From positions 960,001 through 1,024,000 of the forward strand of contig CAVUQH010000003.1 of the NCBI GenBank assembly GCA_963743525.1: DNA of 64,000 nucleotides, read 5' to 3'. The position numbers were made by a program, and so were the translations under genes. Positions 18,960 to 28,975 of this stretch are shown piece by piece (the first letter of the stretch is position 1; every line of letters starts with the position of its first letter). Origin of the DNA: an uncultured delta proteobacterium (GTDB lineage: Bacteria; Myxococcota_A; Polyangia; Haliangiales; Haliangiaceae). The notes under the pieces are model-generated. The model did not search any database and was not told the DNA's origin. It saw nothing but the letters and a program-made list of their open reading frames with translations.

Positions 18960-19888
18960 GTCGTTTCCCTTCTGAAGGAACAGGGTTCTGGCAGTTCTGC
19001 CGTCGCGTCACCGCAGCGACAGATGCCCCTCATGAAGTTGGTTGCTCTACAGAGTGTTATGAGCGCCGACGTAGTCTGGCTGTTGGGTTACCAGTCTCCC
19101 GCCTCGAGCTCGCCCTTTCGGACGGCCCGGCGGTTTTCCCTCGGCACCGGCCCCTGCGATCTTGCGATACACAGGTTCATCCTCTCGTGAGCTTCGCCTC
19201 TTCTTCAGGGTACATAGCTGCCTGTCACCCGCCTCGATGCCCGGAAGCATCGAAGCACCTCCTCTAGGGTCTTCCTCCCCATCGCGACATAGGCCTGCGG
19301 AGTCCACTCTCGACGAGGTTCCCGCCTCGTCTTCGTTCCGCCCTCAGCGTTTCTCGCGCTCTCGACGGTTTCCTCCTCCGCTGGCTTCGTGGGCTTGTTT
19401 CATCCCACTGCCACGTCCGGGATTCACACTCCAGGGGTTTCTTCCCGCTGCTCAGCCGTTTCCACCTCGTCGGTGGACCGTGCCCTCATGTCGGTTGGTG
19501 CTCTGTACCTGCCGTGAGCCGAAGCTCTCGGCGCCGGTAGCGGAGTACCCCGCCTCCAGGGCCTTCTTCCAAGCAGCGATCCGTTGCGTGACCCAGGTGG
19601 TTTAGACCTGGACCAGCTCGATCCCCTCCTGCGTTTTCACCCCCCGCGGGCTTCTCTCCGAGCACCTTGGCCCTGCCTTCACAGCGCCTCCGCTCATGGC
19701 CTTTTCCACCCGGGACTCGCTGTCCCCCGACTGGATGGCCTCCAGCGTCTCATCAGTGCTCGACCTGTTGATCTATCCCTAGACCGACTTCCCGTTCGAG
19801 GTTTCCGACCTGCCGACCCGCCCGCCGAAGCGAACGAACCAACGAGGCCCGACGTGCCAAACGGTCCATTACGACCGCCGAACAGTCG
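18960..19888 (-). ncRNA. Candidate large (~0.9 kb) structured non-coding RNA of unrecognised class
   Basis: Multiple cUUCGg/UNCG and GNRA-capped hairpins; G-U pairs valid only on the minus strand; long-range helices; recurring CUGDAG/CAYGAG internal loop; sigma54-type promoter 5' and terminator 3'; no ORF with host-like codon usage. Confidence 0.75.
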
Positions 19889-19895
19889 TGTGTCT

Positions 19896-19912
19896 TTGCA
19901 GGCAGCGTGCCA
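19896..19912 (-). promoter_or_regulatory. Sigma54 (-24/-12) promoter
   Basis: Minus strand TGGCACGCTGCCTGCAA: GG (19911-19910), exactly 10 nt, then GC (19899-19898). Predicts +1 near 19886. Confidence 0.65.
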
Positions 19913-19988
19913 CTGGGCCCCAGGACCCGGTTTCGGGCAGTTGCGCGAGGTAAGTCATGGAGACCATGTCGCGTACAACGGCACCTCC

Positions 19989-20200
19989 TGTGGCCAACTT
20001 GTGATGTGCTTGTGAAACATCTCGCGCTCCGGACCCAGTCTCGGTGCGTTGCGTTTTGGTTCAACTGATCTTCAGACAGTCGAGTCCGGATTGTTGCACC
20101 CTGGGACGATCACAAAACGCGAGTTGTCCACATGACCTGTGGACCCTAAGTTCCGGATTCAAAAGCGGATTGATCCCGTTTTGTGCACCGCTGTGGACAA
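19989..20200. promoter_or_regulatory. Cluster of DnaA-box-like motifs / inverted repeats in an AT-richer spacer
   Basis: TTGTCCACA at 20124-20132 (+) and 20192-20200 (-); near matches at 20138-20146, 20181-20189 and 19989-19997. Confidence 0.45.
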
Positions 20201-20284
20201 GCTGAGAATTCGCTGTTGTCGCAATCGTCACTCTCGCCACATTTTGCAGCGGTTGGCGTACTGTCAACGCGAGTTAGGTTGACC

Positions 20285-20842
20285 GTGAACCTGCTGCACG
20301 ATATCGAGCCGCGCGACGAATCCGGACACGTGCGCGTCGTCGTCGAGGTTCCGGCCGGCAATCGACTGAAGCTCAAGTACGACCCGGCCCTCGGCACCTT
20401 CGTCTGGTCGCGTCTGCTGGCCGCCGGGGTCAGCTTCCCCTACGACTACGGCTTCGTTCCGCGCACCACCGGCGGTGACGACGACGCCCTCGATGCGCTG
20501 GTGCTGTCCGACGTCGCCAGCTATCCGGGAGTCGTGGTCCCCGGGCGGGTCATCGGCGCGCTGCGCGTCGAGCAGCAGCGCGACGGCAAGCCGGTGCGGC
20601 GCAACGACCGGCTGATCCTGGTGCCGCTCTACGATCACCACCGCGCCCACCTCAGCGAGGTGGCCGAGCTGCCCGAGCGGACCCGCGCCGAGCTCGAGGA
20701 GTTCTTTCGCGCGTCCCTGGTGCTGACCGGCAAGCGCGTGCGCCTGCGCGGCTGGGCCGACGCCGCCGAGGCCAATCAGCTGGTCGACGAAGCGGCCGCC
20801 CGCTACGAGGCCAGTGCCGCCGCCGCGATCGGCCGCGCCTGA
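20285..20842 (+). CDS. ppa: Inorganic pyrophosphatase (family I)
   Basis: [43 protein letters not shown] start at 20285. Confidence 0.9.
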   Translation: MNLLHDIEPRDESGHVRVVVEVPAGNRLKLKYDPALGTFVWSRLLAAGVSFPYDYGFVPRTTGGDDDALDALVLSDVASYPGVVVPGRVIGALRVEQQRDGKPVRRNDRLILVPLYDHHRAHLSEVAELPERTRAELEEFFRASLVLTGKRVRLRGWADAAEANQLVDEAAARYEASAAAAIGRA

Positions 20843-22098
20843 TCGACGATCTCGGGGGCGCACATCAGCCGCACCCTCGAGATCGGCCGGCCGATCGGCA
20901 GCTCGCGCAGGAGCTGGCCGAGGGTGACCACGCCGTGGGTCGGATGGCCAATGACGTGCAGCTCGTCGGCCTGCTCGGCGGCGTAGCCGATCTGGCTGGC
21001 CTCGTCGATCTCATAGTAATAGGCGCCGTGGTCGCCGAAGTGCGACCGCGCCAGCTCGGCCATCGCCGGCGCCACCCGCTGGGCGACGTCCGGCTCGTCG
21101 CCCAGGTCGATCACCTTGAACAGACGCCGTCGCACCAGCCGGCCGGCCAGGTCGCGCAGGACCGGATCGGCCGAGGCGCCGGCGTCACCGTCGGGGCCGC
21201 GCCCGGCCCAGCGATCCAGCGCGGTGGTCACGGCGACGTCGTCGAGCCACAAATGTTCGGCCACCGAGATGCGCTCGCCCCGGGCCATGCGCGCGGCCGG
21301 ACCCAGCCCCGGCGGCGTCGCCCCCGCGCGGCACAGCTCGGCGAAACGGGCCAGCACCTTGATGAACAGGTGCTCGGCCGAGCGCACGGTCTTGTGGTGA
21401 TAGACCTGCGCGTACATGTACGAGCGGGCGAACAGGTACTGCTCGACCGCGTACATGCCGCGGCGGTAGTCGACCACCAGGTCGAGGCCGTCGTCGCCCT
21501 CGTGCACGCGCTCGACGGCCAGCGCGTGGAGAATCCAGTCGAGGTCGAAGGTGGCGTAGCCGGCGCCGCTGTAGTGGCCGTCGCGGAGCAGGTAGTCGAG
21601 GCGGTTGACGTCGAGCTGCGACGACACCAGCTTGCGGGCGAAGCTGGGCCGGTAGCTCTTGTCCCAGAACGACTGCAGCGTCGCCGGCAACCCCGGCTCG
21701 ATCGCCTCGAGCGCCGCCGACAGCTCGGGGTCCTCGGCGACGATCCGCCCGCCCCACTCCTCGTGCGACGACCCGCCCAGGCCGTGCTCCCAGGCGTGGG
21801 AGAACGGTCCGTGGCCGACGTCGTGGAGCAGGGCGGCCAGCTTGACGTGGCGGGCCAGCGCCGGGTCGAGCTCGCGACCCAGCTGCCGGGTCACCCGCTG
21901 GGCGATGTGGAAGGCGCCCAGGGCGTGGCCGAAGCGCGAGTGCTCGGCGCCGGGATAGACCAGCCAGGCGAAGCCGTCCTGGTGGATCCGGCGCAAACGC
22001 TGCAGCGGCCGCGTCTCCAGCACCGCCTGCAGCGGAGCATCCTCGCCACGGAACTCGATCAGCCCGTGTACCGGGTCGCGAAAGACGCGGTCGCGCAT
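20803..22098 (-). CDS. HD-domain phosphohydrolase (SAMHD1-like dNTP triphosphohydrolase family)
   Basis: [62 protein letters not shown] at 22098. Confidence 0.88.
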   Translation of the reverse strand: MRDRVFRDPVHGLIEFRGEDAPLQAVLETRPLQRLRRIHQDGFAWLVYPGAEHSRFGHALGAFHIAQRVTRQLGRELDPALARHVKLAALLHDVGHGPFSHAWEHGLGGSSHEEWGGRIVAEDPELSAALEAIEPGLPATLQSFWDKSYRPSFARKLVSSQLDVNRLDYLLRDGHYSGAGYATFDLDWILHALAVERVHEGDDGLDLVVDYRRGMYAVEQYLFARSYMYAQVYHHKTVRSAEHLFIKVLARFAELCRAGATPPGLGPAARMARGERISVAEHLWLDDVAVTTALDRWAGRGPDGDAGASADPVLRDLAGRLVRRRLFKVIDLGDEPDVAQRVAPAMAELARSHFGDHGAYYYEIDEASQIGYAAEQADELHVIGHPTHGVVTLGQLLRELPIGRPISRVRLMCAPEIVDQARPIAAAALAS

Positions 22099-22140
22099 CG
22101 CGCGGCAGCATAGCACCCGCGCTGGCCGTAGAATGCCGGC

Positions 22141-22953
<813 letters not shown>

Positions 22954-23059
22954 GCCGCGCCGACTGGCGCGTTGTCGGAGGACCGGGATCCGTGTCATAC
23001 AGCCCCGGGCGGCCGGTTTCTTGCCCCCTTTTCGACAGCACACGTAGGGTACCCAGACG

Positions 23060-25306
23060 ATGAATTGCACCGCACCGCACTCCTCGATTCGCATCGCCGC
23101 CGCACTGGCGCTGGCCTTTTCCGCCGCGTGTGGCGGAGGCGAATCGGCCGACGGTCGCACCAACCCGGCGGCCAAGGTGCCCGGCAAGGATTCGCCGGCC
23201 AGCGGCAAGAAGGCCGGCGGCAACGCGCCGGCGGTGGCCGTGGCGCCGTCGCGCGGACCCGAGCACGCGGTCTACTCGCTGTACGACAATCGCCTGGCGG
23301 CCCACGAGCAGCGCGGCGGCGGCCTGCTGGTCAACGGCGGCACCGCTGGCTTCGCCAAGTACATGCGCTTCCGCTTCAAGGGACCGGAGTGGAAGCTCAC
23401 CCAGACCGTCAACGGTGAGCGCGCCGCGACGCTCGGCGGCAGCACCGGGCGGCTGTCGGTGCCGCTCACCGCGGCGCAGGCCAACGGCGAGGTCCACGTC
23501 CGCCTGCACGTGCACAACGGCGCCGCCCGCCGCCTGGGCCTGCGCATCAACGGCGACAAGAAGAGCGAGGTCACCGTCGAGCTGCAGGCCGGCTGGTCGA
23601 CGGCCGATGCCACCGTGCCGGCGGGTGCCTTCCACGCCGGCGACAACGAGATGTTGTTCTTCGCCTCCAAAGGCTCGCCGATGTCGATCGGCTGGATGCA
23701 GGTCGGCGGCGCCGCCAGCGACGATCCCGACCCGACCTTCCACGACGACGGCGCCAAGGCCCTGGTCCTGCCCCAGGGCGGCGGCCTCAGCTACTACGTG
23801 ATGGTCCCCGAAAAGGCCCTGGTGACCGCGGATCTGTCCGATCCGGCGTGCAAGATCGCCGTGCGCGCCGAGGCCGACGGCGGCGTGAAGGTCGACGGCC
23901 AGCTGGTCGGCGCCGGCTCCGCGGTCAACCTGTCGGCCCTGGCCGGCAAACCGGTGCGGCTGTCGCTGACCGGCGACGGCTGCCCGCGGGCGACCGCGAC
24001 CAGGGCCGCCCTGGTGGTGCCGGGCGCGGCGCCGACGCTGGCGCGCAAGCCGGCCAAGCCCAAGTACGTGGTCATGTGGATCATGGACGCGCTGCGCGCC
24101 GACCGCGTGCGCCCGTTCAACCCCAAGGCCCGGCCCGAGACCCCGGTGTTCGAGAAGCTGGCCAAGAGCTCGAGCATGTTCATGCTCAACTACGTCCAGG
24201 GCAACGAGTCGAAGAGCTCGCACGCGTCGATCTGGACCTCGCTCTATCCGATCAACCACCACTACTACCTCAACCAGAAGACGGTGAAGGTCAGCAGTGA
24301 GGACATCGACACGCTGATGAAGAAGGGCGGCTTCTACACCAGCGGCGTCTCCGGCAACGGCTACATCATTCCCAGCCACGGCTTCGGCAACAGCTGGGAC
24401 AGCTTCCACAACCACATCCACGAGCCCGGCGGGCTGACCGGCGCCGACATCATGAATCGCGCGCTCGAGTCGGTGAAGGGCAAGACCGACCCGTGGTTCC
24501 TGTACATCGGCACCATCGACACCCACGTGTCGTGGCGGGCCAAGGAGCCGTGGTTCTCCAAGTACGCCAACGAGCCGTACAACGGCCGCTTCAAGACCGT
24601 CGCCTCGGGCCCCGACGTGGGCAAGATCGTCGGCGGCGGCATCAAGGTGGATCAGGCCGACATCGAGCGGATCCGCGCCCTGTACGACTCCAACGTCTCG
24701 TACCAGGACGACCTGCTGGGCAAGCTGATCGCCCAGCTGACCGAGTGGGGCATCGCCGACCAGACGATGATCGTCGTCACCGGCGACCACGGCGACGAGC
24801 AGTTCGAGATGGGCCCGCGCCGGGTCGGACACGGCATCAGCCTGCGCGAGACCCTGGTGCACACGCCGCTGGTCATCCACTACCCGCCGCTGTTCCCCGC
24901 CGGCCTGGTGCGCACCGGCAGCGAGGTCATCGACATCATGCCGACCATCGCCGACGCCCTGGGGCTGCCGGCCGATCCGGCCTGGCAGGGCGAGTCGCTG
25001 ATCCCGATCGCCAACGGCATCGGCACCGGCTACCCCGACATGGCCATGTCGTCGCAGTACGAGGAGGCGCACACGGTGCGCATCGGCGACTGGAAGTACG
25101 AGTACGGTCGCCACGGCGCCGAGCTGTACGACGTGGGCACGAACCCGGACGAGAAGACCGAGGTCGCGGCCAAGGACCCGATCGCCTACCAGATGATGTC
25201 CGACGCCTTCTGGCTGCTGCGCACCTGGAACGCCGACTGGAAGAAGAGCGAGTGGGGCAGCGCGGCCAACGTCACGCCCGCCTTCGCCGCCGCGGTCGAC
25301 AAGTAG
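23060..25306 (+). CDS. Lipoprotein with C-terminal sulfatase-like (alkaline phosphatase superfamily) domain
   Basis: Lipobox FSAA-C; IMDALRADR, DTHVSW, YDSNVSYQD, TGDHGDE, GHG, ELYD..DEK. Confidence 0.85.
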   Translation: MNCTAPHSSIRIAAALALAFSAACGGGESADGRTNPAAKVPGKDSPASGKKAGGNAPAVAVAPSRGPEHAVYSLYDNRLAAHEQRGGGLLVNGGTAGFAKYMRFRFKGPEWKLTQTVNGERAATLGGSTGRLSVPLTAAQANGEVHVRLHVHNGAARRLGLRINGDKKSEVTVELQAGWSTADATVPAGAFHAGDNEMLFFASKGSPMSIGWMQVGGAASDDPDPTFHDDGAKALVLPQGGGLSYYVMVPEKALVTADLSDPACKIAVRAEADGGVKVDGQLVGAGSAVNLSALAGKPVRLSLTGDGCPRATATRAALVVPGAAPTLARKPAKPKYVVMWIMDALRADRVRPFNPKARPETPVFEKLAKSSSMFMLNYVQGNESKSSHASIWTSLYPINHHYYLNQKTVKVSSEDIDTLMKKGGFYTSGVSGNGYIIPSHGFGNSWDSFHNHIHEPGGLTGADIMNRALESVKGKTDPWFLYIGTIDTHVSWRAKEPWFSKYANEPYNGRFKTVASGPDVGKIVGGGIKVDQADIERIRALYDSNVSYQDDLLGKLIAQLTEWGIADQTMIVVTGDHGDEQFEMGPRRVGHGISLRETLVHTPLVIHYPPLFPAGLVRTGSEVIDIMPTIADALGLPADPAWQGESLIPIANGIGTGYPDMAMSSQYEEAHTVRIGDWKYEYGRHGAELYDVGTNPDEKTEVAAKDPIAYQMMSDAFWLLRTWNADWKKSEWGSAANVTPAFAAAVDK

Positions 25307-25307
25307 G

Positions 25308-25616
25308 CTACTTGGGGCCGCGCCAGCGGAGGATGCGGTGCGGCCACGGCGGCAGGCCGTCGGCCGCGTTGCGCGCGGCGTCGCGGGCGGCGATGCGGGC
25401 GATGGTGTGCAGCTTCTTCTCCAGGTCGCCGGGGGCAGGGGCGCCGTCGGCGGCCAGCTCGACCTCGCCGCTGGCGGCCAGCGTGGCGGTGTAGGCGAAG
25501 CGCTCGGTCGGCGTGTAGATGGCGGCGCCGTACTCGGCGCGGGCGTCCACCGGCGGATCGCCGCGGCGCTCGAGCAGGAAGCGGGCTCCGTCGGTCGGGT
25601 GCAGGTCGTCAGTCAT
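25308..25616 (-). CDS. Small hypothetical protein (102 aa)
   Basis: ATG 25616 overlaps the end of the upstream nuclease gene; C-terminal WPHRILRWRG; host-like codon usage. Confidence 0.7.
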   Translation of the reverse strand: MTDDLHPTDGARFLLERRGDPPVDARAEYGAAIYTPTERFAYTATLAASGEVELAADGAPAPGDLEKKLHTIARIAARDAARNAADGLPPWPHRILRWRGPK

Positions 25617-26418
25617 AGAGGTCGTCGTCCAGGCCGTCGTCGTCAACCGGCTCGTAGAGGGCGTCGTAGGCGGCGTGGCAGATGCTGCGGTAGGCGCAGC
25701 GGCCGCAGCGCACGCCGGGGTCGGGGCGGGGACCGTCGTCGACCGCCAGCGCGGCGGCCTCGATGTTGTCGTTGACCTGCGGCACCAGCCGCTGGTTGAT
25801 CTCGCTCTGGGTCAGCGGCGGCGCCCACTCGACGTCGGCGTCGGCCACCCAGTGGACGCCCAGCCAGATGCTGCGCGCGTTGCGGAAGGCGGCCGAGGCC
25901 AGCACCGCGTAGCCCTGCAGCTGCTCGGTGATGCGGTGGCTGGCGACGCGGAAGCCGGTCTTGTGGTCGACGATGGCCAGGCAGTCGGCGAACAGGTAGC
26001 CGGCGTCGAAGATGCCGCGGTAGAAGGCGTCGCCCGAGTAGAACTGCGTCGGCGTGAAGTCGGCCCGGACCGCCAGGGTGTACTCGACCAGCTGCCGGCT
26101 CACCCGCTTGCGCCGGCGGAAGTCGGCGATGCGGTCGAGGAAGCTGGGCACGCCGCGGGTGAGCAGGTCGTAGCGGCGCTGCTCCTCCGGGCTCTCCAGG
26201 ACGGTGCGGGCATCGGCGATGGCGATCTGCGCCAGGGTGCCCTGCAGGGCGTGCTCCAGCGCACTGTGCACCGCCTTGCCCACCCGGGCCTCGGGCATGG
26301 TCTCCTGCTCGGGAATCTTGTCAACGTACTTGTAGTGGAACTCGCGCGGACAGCGCAGCGCAGTCGAAATCTTGGACGCTGACCAGGGAGCCAGCTTCTG
26401 TGCGCGCCTGGAGGCCAC
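25609..26418 (-). CDS. PD-(D/E)XK nuclease, AddB/Cas4-like with Fe-S staple
   Basis: WSASKI..RCP, GKAVHSALE, GIFD, IVDHKTG, QLQGY, C-terminal CGRCAYRSIC. Confidence 0.85.
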   Translation of the reverse strand: MASRRAQKLAPWSASKISTALRCPREFHYKYVDKIPEQETMPEARVGKAVHSALEHALQGTLAQIAIADARTVLESPEEQRRYDLLTRGVPSFLDRIADFRRRKRVSRQLVEYTLAVRADFTPTQFYSGDAFYRGIFDAGYLFADCLAIVDHKTGFRVASHRITEQLQGYAVLASAAFRNARSIWLGVHWVADADVEWAPPLTQSEINQRLVPQVNDNIEAAALAVDDGPRPDPGVRCGRCAYRSICHAAYDALYEPVDDDGLDDDLYD

Positions 26419-26546
26419 GACGGCTCAGGTTACCCGAGGGCCCCGAGCGGGTCGAGCGCCGCGGCCGACCCGCCGAAAAGTTGCCCGACCCACCGCCGGC
26501 GACCTATCACGTTTCGGCGCACGGCCGTGTGCGCGGAGGTGCCCGG

Positions 26547-27053
26547 ATGAACTGCGAAGTCTGCAAGGCCAAGGTGAGCGAGCTCCGCCGGGGGCGCTGC
26601 TGGGGGTGTTACAACCGCTGGGTCGACGCGCGACCGGTGGGTGTGGGTGCGCGCTGCTGCATCTGCAGCGAGCGCCGCCGAGACCATCTGCGCAGCGTCG
26701 AGCTGCTCGGGTCGTGGATCCCCATGTGCTACACCTGCTCGGGCCGGGCGATGCAGCTCGATCCGCTGCCGCAGAGTCTGGCCGCCATTCGCGTGGCGCT
26801 GGGGCGCGATCGCCGCGGCCCGGACCGCCGCTTCGGCAAGCGCGACACCCGCGTGTTCCAGTACGACCGCCGCGGTCCCGATCGCCGCGAGGGCCGGTCG
26901 CCGGCCGAGGACTGGATGATCATCGACGACGACATGATCCTCGAGATCGAGGAGATCCTCGACCACTGCGGCGACCGCGCGGCCGCCAGCGATCCGGCCG
27001 GAGACTTCACCTCCGACCTCACGCGCATCCGCGAGCTTCCGCTGGGCGACTAG
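26547..27053 (+). CDS. Cys-rich (four CxxC) protein with DRR repeats
   Basis: GGAGGT RBS before ATG 26547; CEVC, CWGC, CCIC, CYTC; DRRGPDRR occurs twice. Confidence 0.8.
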   Translation: MNCEVCKAKVSELRRGRCWGCYNRWVDARPVGVGARCCICSERRRDHLRSVELLGSWIPMCYTCSGRAMQLDPLPQSLAAIRVALGRDRRGPDRRFGKRDTRVFQYDRRGPDRREGRSPAEDWMIIDDDMILEIEEILDHCGDRAAASDPAGDFTSDLTRIRELPLGD

Positions 27054-27065
27054 CTCGGCGCCGAC

Positions 27066-28244
27066 TCAGTGCGCGCGCGTCGCCGGTCTGGGCGGCTGCG
27101 CCTGGTAGGTTCGCGCCGCGCCGCCGCCCGACAGGGCGAAGAACGCGCCCGCGCCGGCCATCACCGGAATCACGCCGGCCATCGGCAGCACGCGGGACAG
27201 CTCCTTGTCCCACGCGTGCACCGACACCGTCCGGGTCCTGGGATCGTTGTCGAACTTCACCTGGAACTGACCGTCGCCGACCATCGAGTCGACCCCGGCG
27301 ATGATCTGCTTCTCGTACTTGGTGATCATCGCCAGCTCGGGCTGAACCTTGTCGAGGCTGGCCAGGATCGGCATCACCGTCTTGACCAGGCCGCGGGTGG
27401 TGAGGTGGCCGGCGCGAAGCAGGTCGATCGCGCCCTCGGAGAACATCTTCGCGTGGCGATAGCCCTCGTTGGTGCGGGCGATCCAGGTCCACGACACGCC
27501 GTCGTGGGCGATGGCCACCGCGGCGAACTTGTGGCCGGTGGCCAGGTCGCGCAGGAAGGCCGCGTCGGGGTCTGAAATCTCCTTGGAAAATCGACGCGTA
27601 GCCGCCCGCGACGGGGCCGAGGCGACGACCAGGAACGGCTTGGCGTCGAGGATCTTGGGCAGGTAGCGGAAGCGCGCCCGCGGGCGCCACGCGGCTTGCA
27701 CGCGCGCCTTCACCAGGCGGCCGTCGCCGAACAACAGATAGCCGTCCTTGGTCTGGCCGATGACCTCGCCGTCGGGGCCGGCCATCATCGATCCGTTGGC
27801 CAGCGTGTCAACCTTGCTGCCGCTGAGCTTGGCCAGTCGCTGCAGGAAGTCGGCGGGCACGGTGGCGCGAGCGATCGCCAGCACCTGCGGATCGCCTTTG
27901 CCAGGATAGGTCATCCACGCGGACGCCCACTTGACGTCGGTCACCGGATCGAGGCCGACGGTGTTCTTGATCATCGCGAGTCCGCCGTCGATCGCCTGCA
28001 CCAACTGGTTGGCCGCGGCGCGCGCGTTCTTGTCGCGCTTGATCTGCGGGTTGTTGGGCAGCGACTTCAGCGCCGCGTAGTTGTTGGGCACGAACGCGCC
28101 GAAGTTGACGTAGGCCATCGCATCCGGTCGCGCCGGCGCGTAGCGCAACACCTCGGCGGCGGGCGGCGCCGCGGGGTTGGGCTCGACGCCGATGTTGGAC
28201 AGCGACAGGAGGACGGTGAGCAGCTTGACGAATCCAGCTTCCAT
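27066..28244 (-). CDS. Exported or membrane hypothetical protein (392 aa)
   Basis: ATG 28244; hydrophobic N- and C-terminal segments; host-like codon bias. Confidence 0.75.
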   Translation of the reverse strand: MEAGFVKLLTVLLSLSNIGVEPNPAAPPAAEVLRYAPARPDAMAYVNFGAFVPNNYAALKSLPNNPQIKRDKNARAAANQLVQAIDGGLAMIKNTVGLDPVTDVKWASAWMTYPGKGDPQVLAIARATVPADFLQRLAKLSGSKVDTLANGSMMAGPDGEVIGQTKDGYLLFGDGRLVKARVQAAWRPRARFRYLPKILDAKPFLVVASAPSRAATRRFSKEISDPDAAFLRDLATGHKFAAVAIAHDGVSWTWIARTNEGYRHAKMFSEGAIDLLRAGHLTTRGLVKTVMPILASLDKVQPELAMITKYEKQIIAGVDSMVGDGQFQVKFDNDPRTRTVSVHAWDKELSRVLPMAGVIPVMAGAGAFFALSGGGAARTYQAQPPRPATRAH

Positions 28245-28507
28245 GCTGCCGGCGAGCCTACCAGACACTCGGAGGCGCGCACGCCCGAGGGGCAAGGGGG
28301 CGGGAAGCACCCGTCCGTGTAGTGGTCAAAACAGCAGTTTCCGAGGCAGCTGTGGTGCCGAGACCTCACGCTCGCAGAAGCGATTCAAAAAATCCCATGT
28401 CAAGACTGGTACCGAAAATTCTCCGCGCTAGGATGTTGCACCTCGGAAGCGGAACGCGTCGTCGGGGGGACCGCCGCGCGGCGAAATCCAGGGGAAGGAA
28501 AGACACG

Positions 28508-28903
<396 letters not shown>

Positions 28904-28975
28904 TCGTCACCGCCGCTCGGTGGTGACGGTGGTTGGCGCTGGCTCGGCGCCTCCGATTGAGCTAGCTTTGCTCTC

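Noticed and set aside
18960..19888. Identification of the element as RNase P, tmRNA, an rRNA fragment, a group II intron or a glycine riboswitch
   Set aside because: No GAGGAAAGUCC P4 motif (only a partial CAGAACCC near the 3' end), no tRNA-like ends, no domain V or intron-encoded protein, and no riboswitch core or downstream gene.
18896..20267. Short ORFs in the intergenic region (18896-19267, 19047-19307, 19162-19605, 19584-20015, 19753-20064, 20061-20267)
   Set aside because: They lack the strong third-position GC bias and clear RBSs, overlap each other and have Pro/Ser/Arg-rich junk composition; RNA structure explains the region better.
25609..26418. CRISPR-associated cas4
   Set aside because: No repeat-spacer array or other cas genes in the window.
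28375..28403. TTGACA on the minus strand as a promoter for the 27066-28244 gene
   Set aside because: No acceptable -10 hexamer at 16-18 nt spacing.
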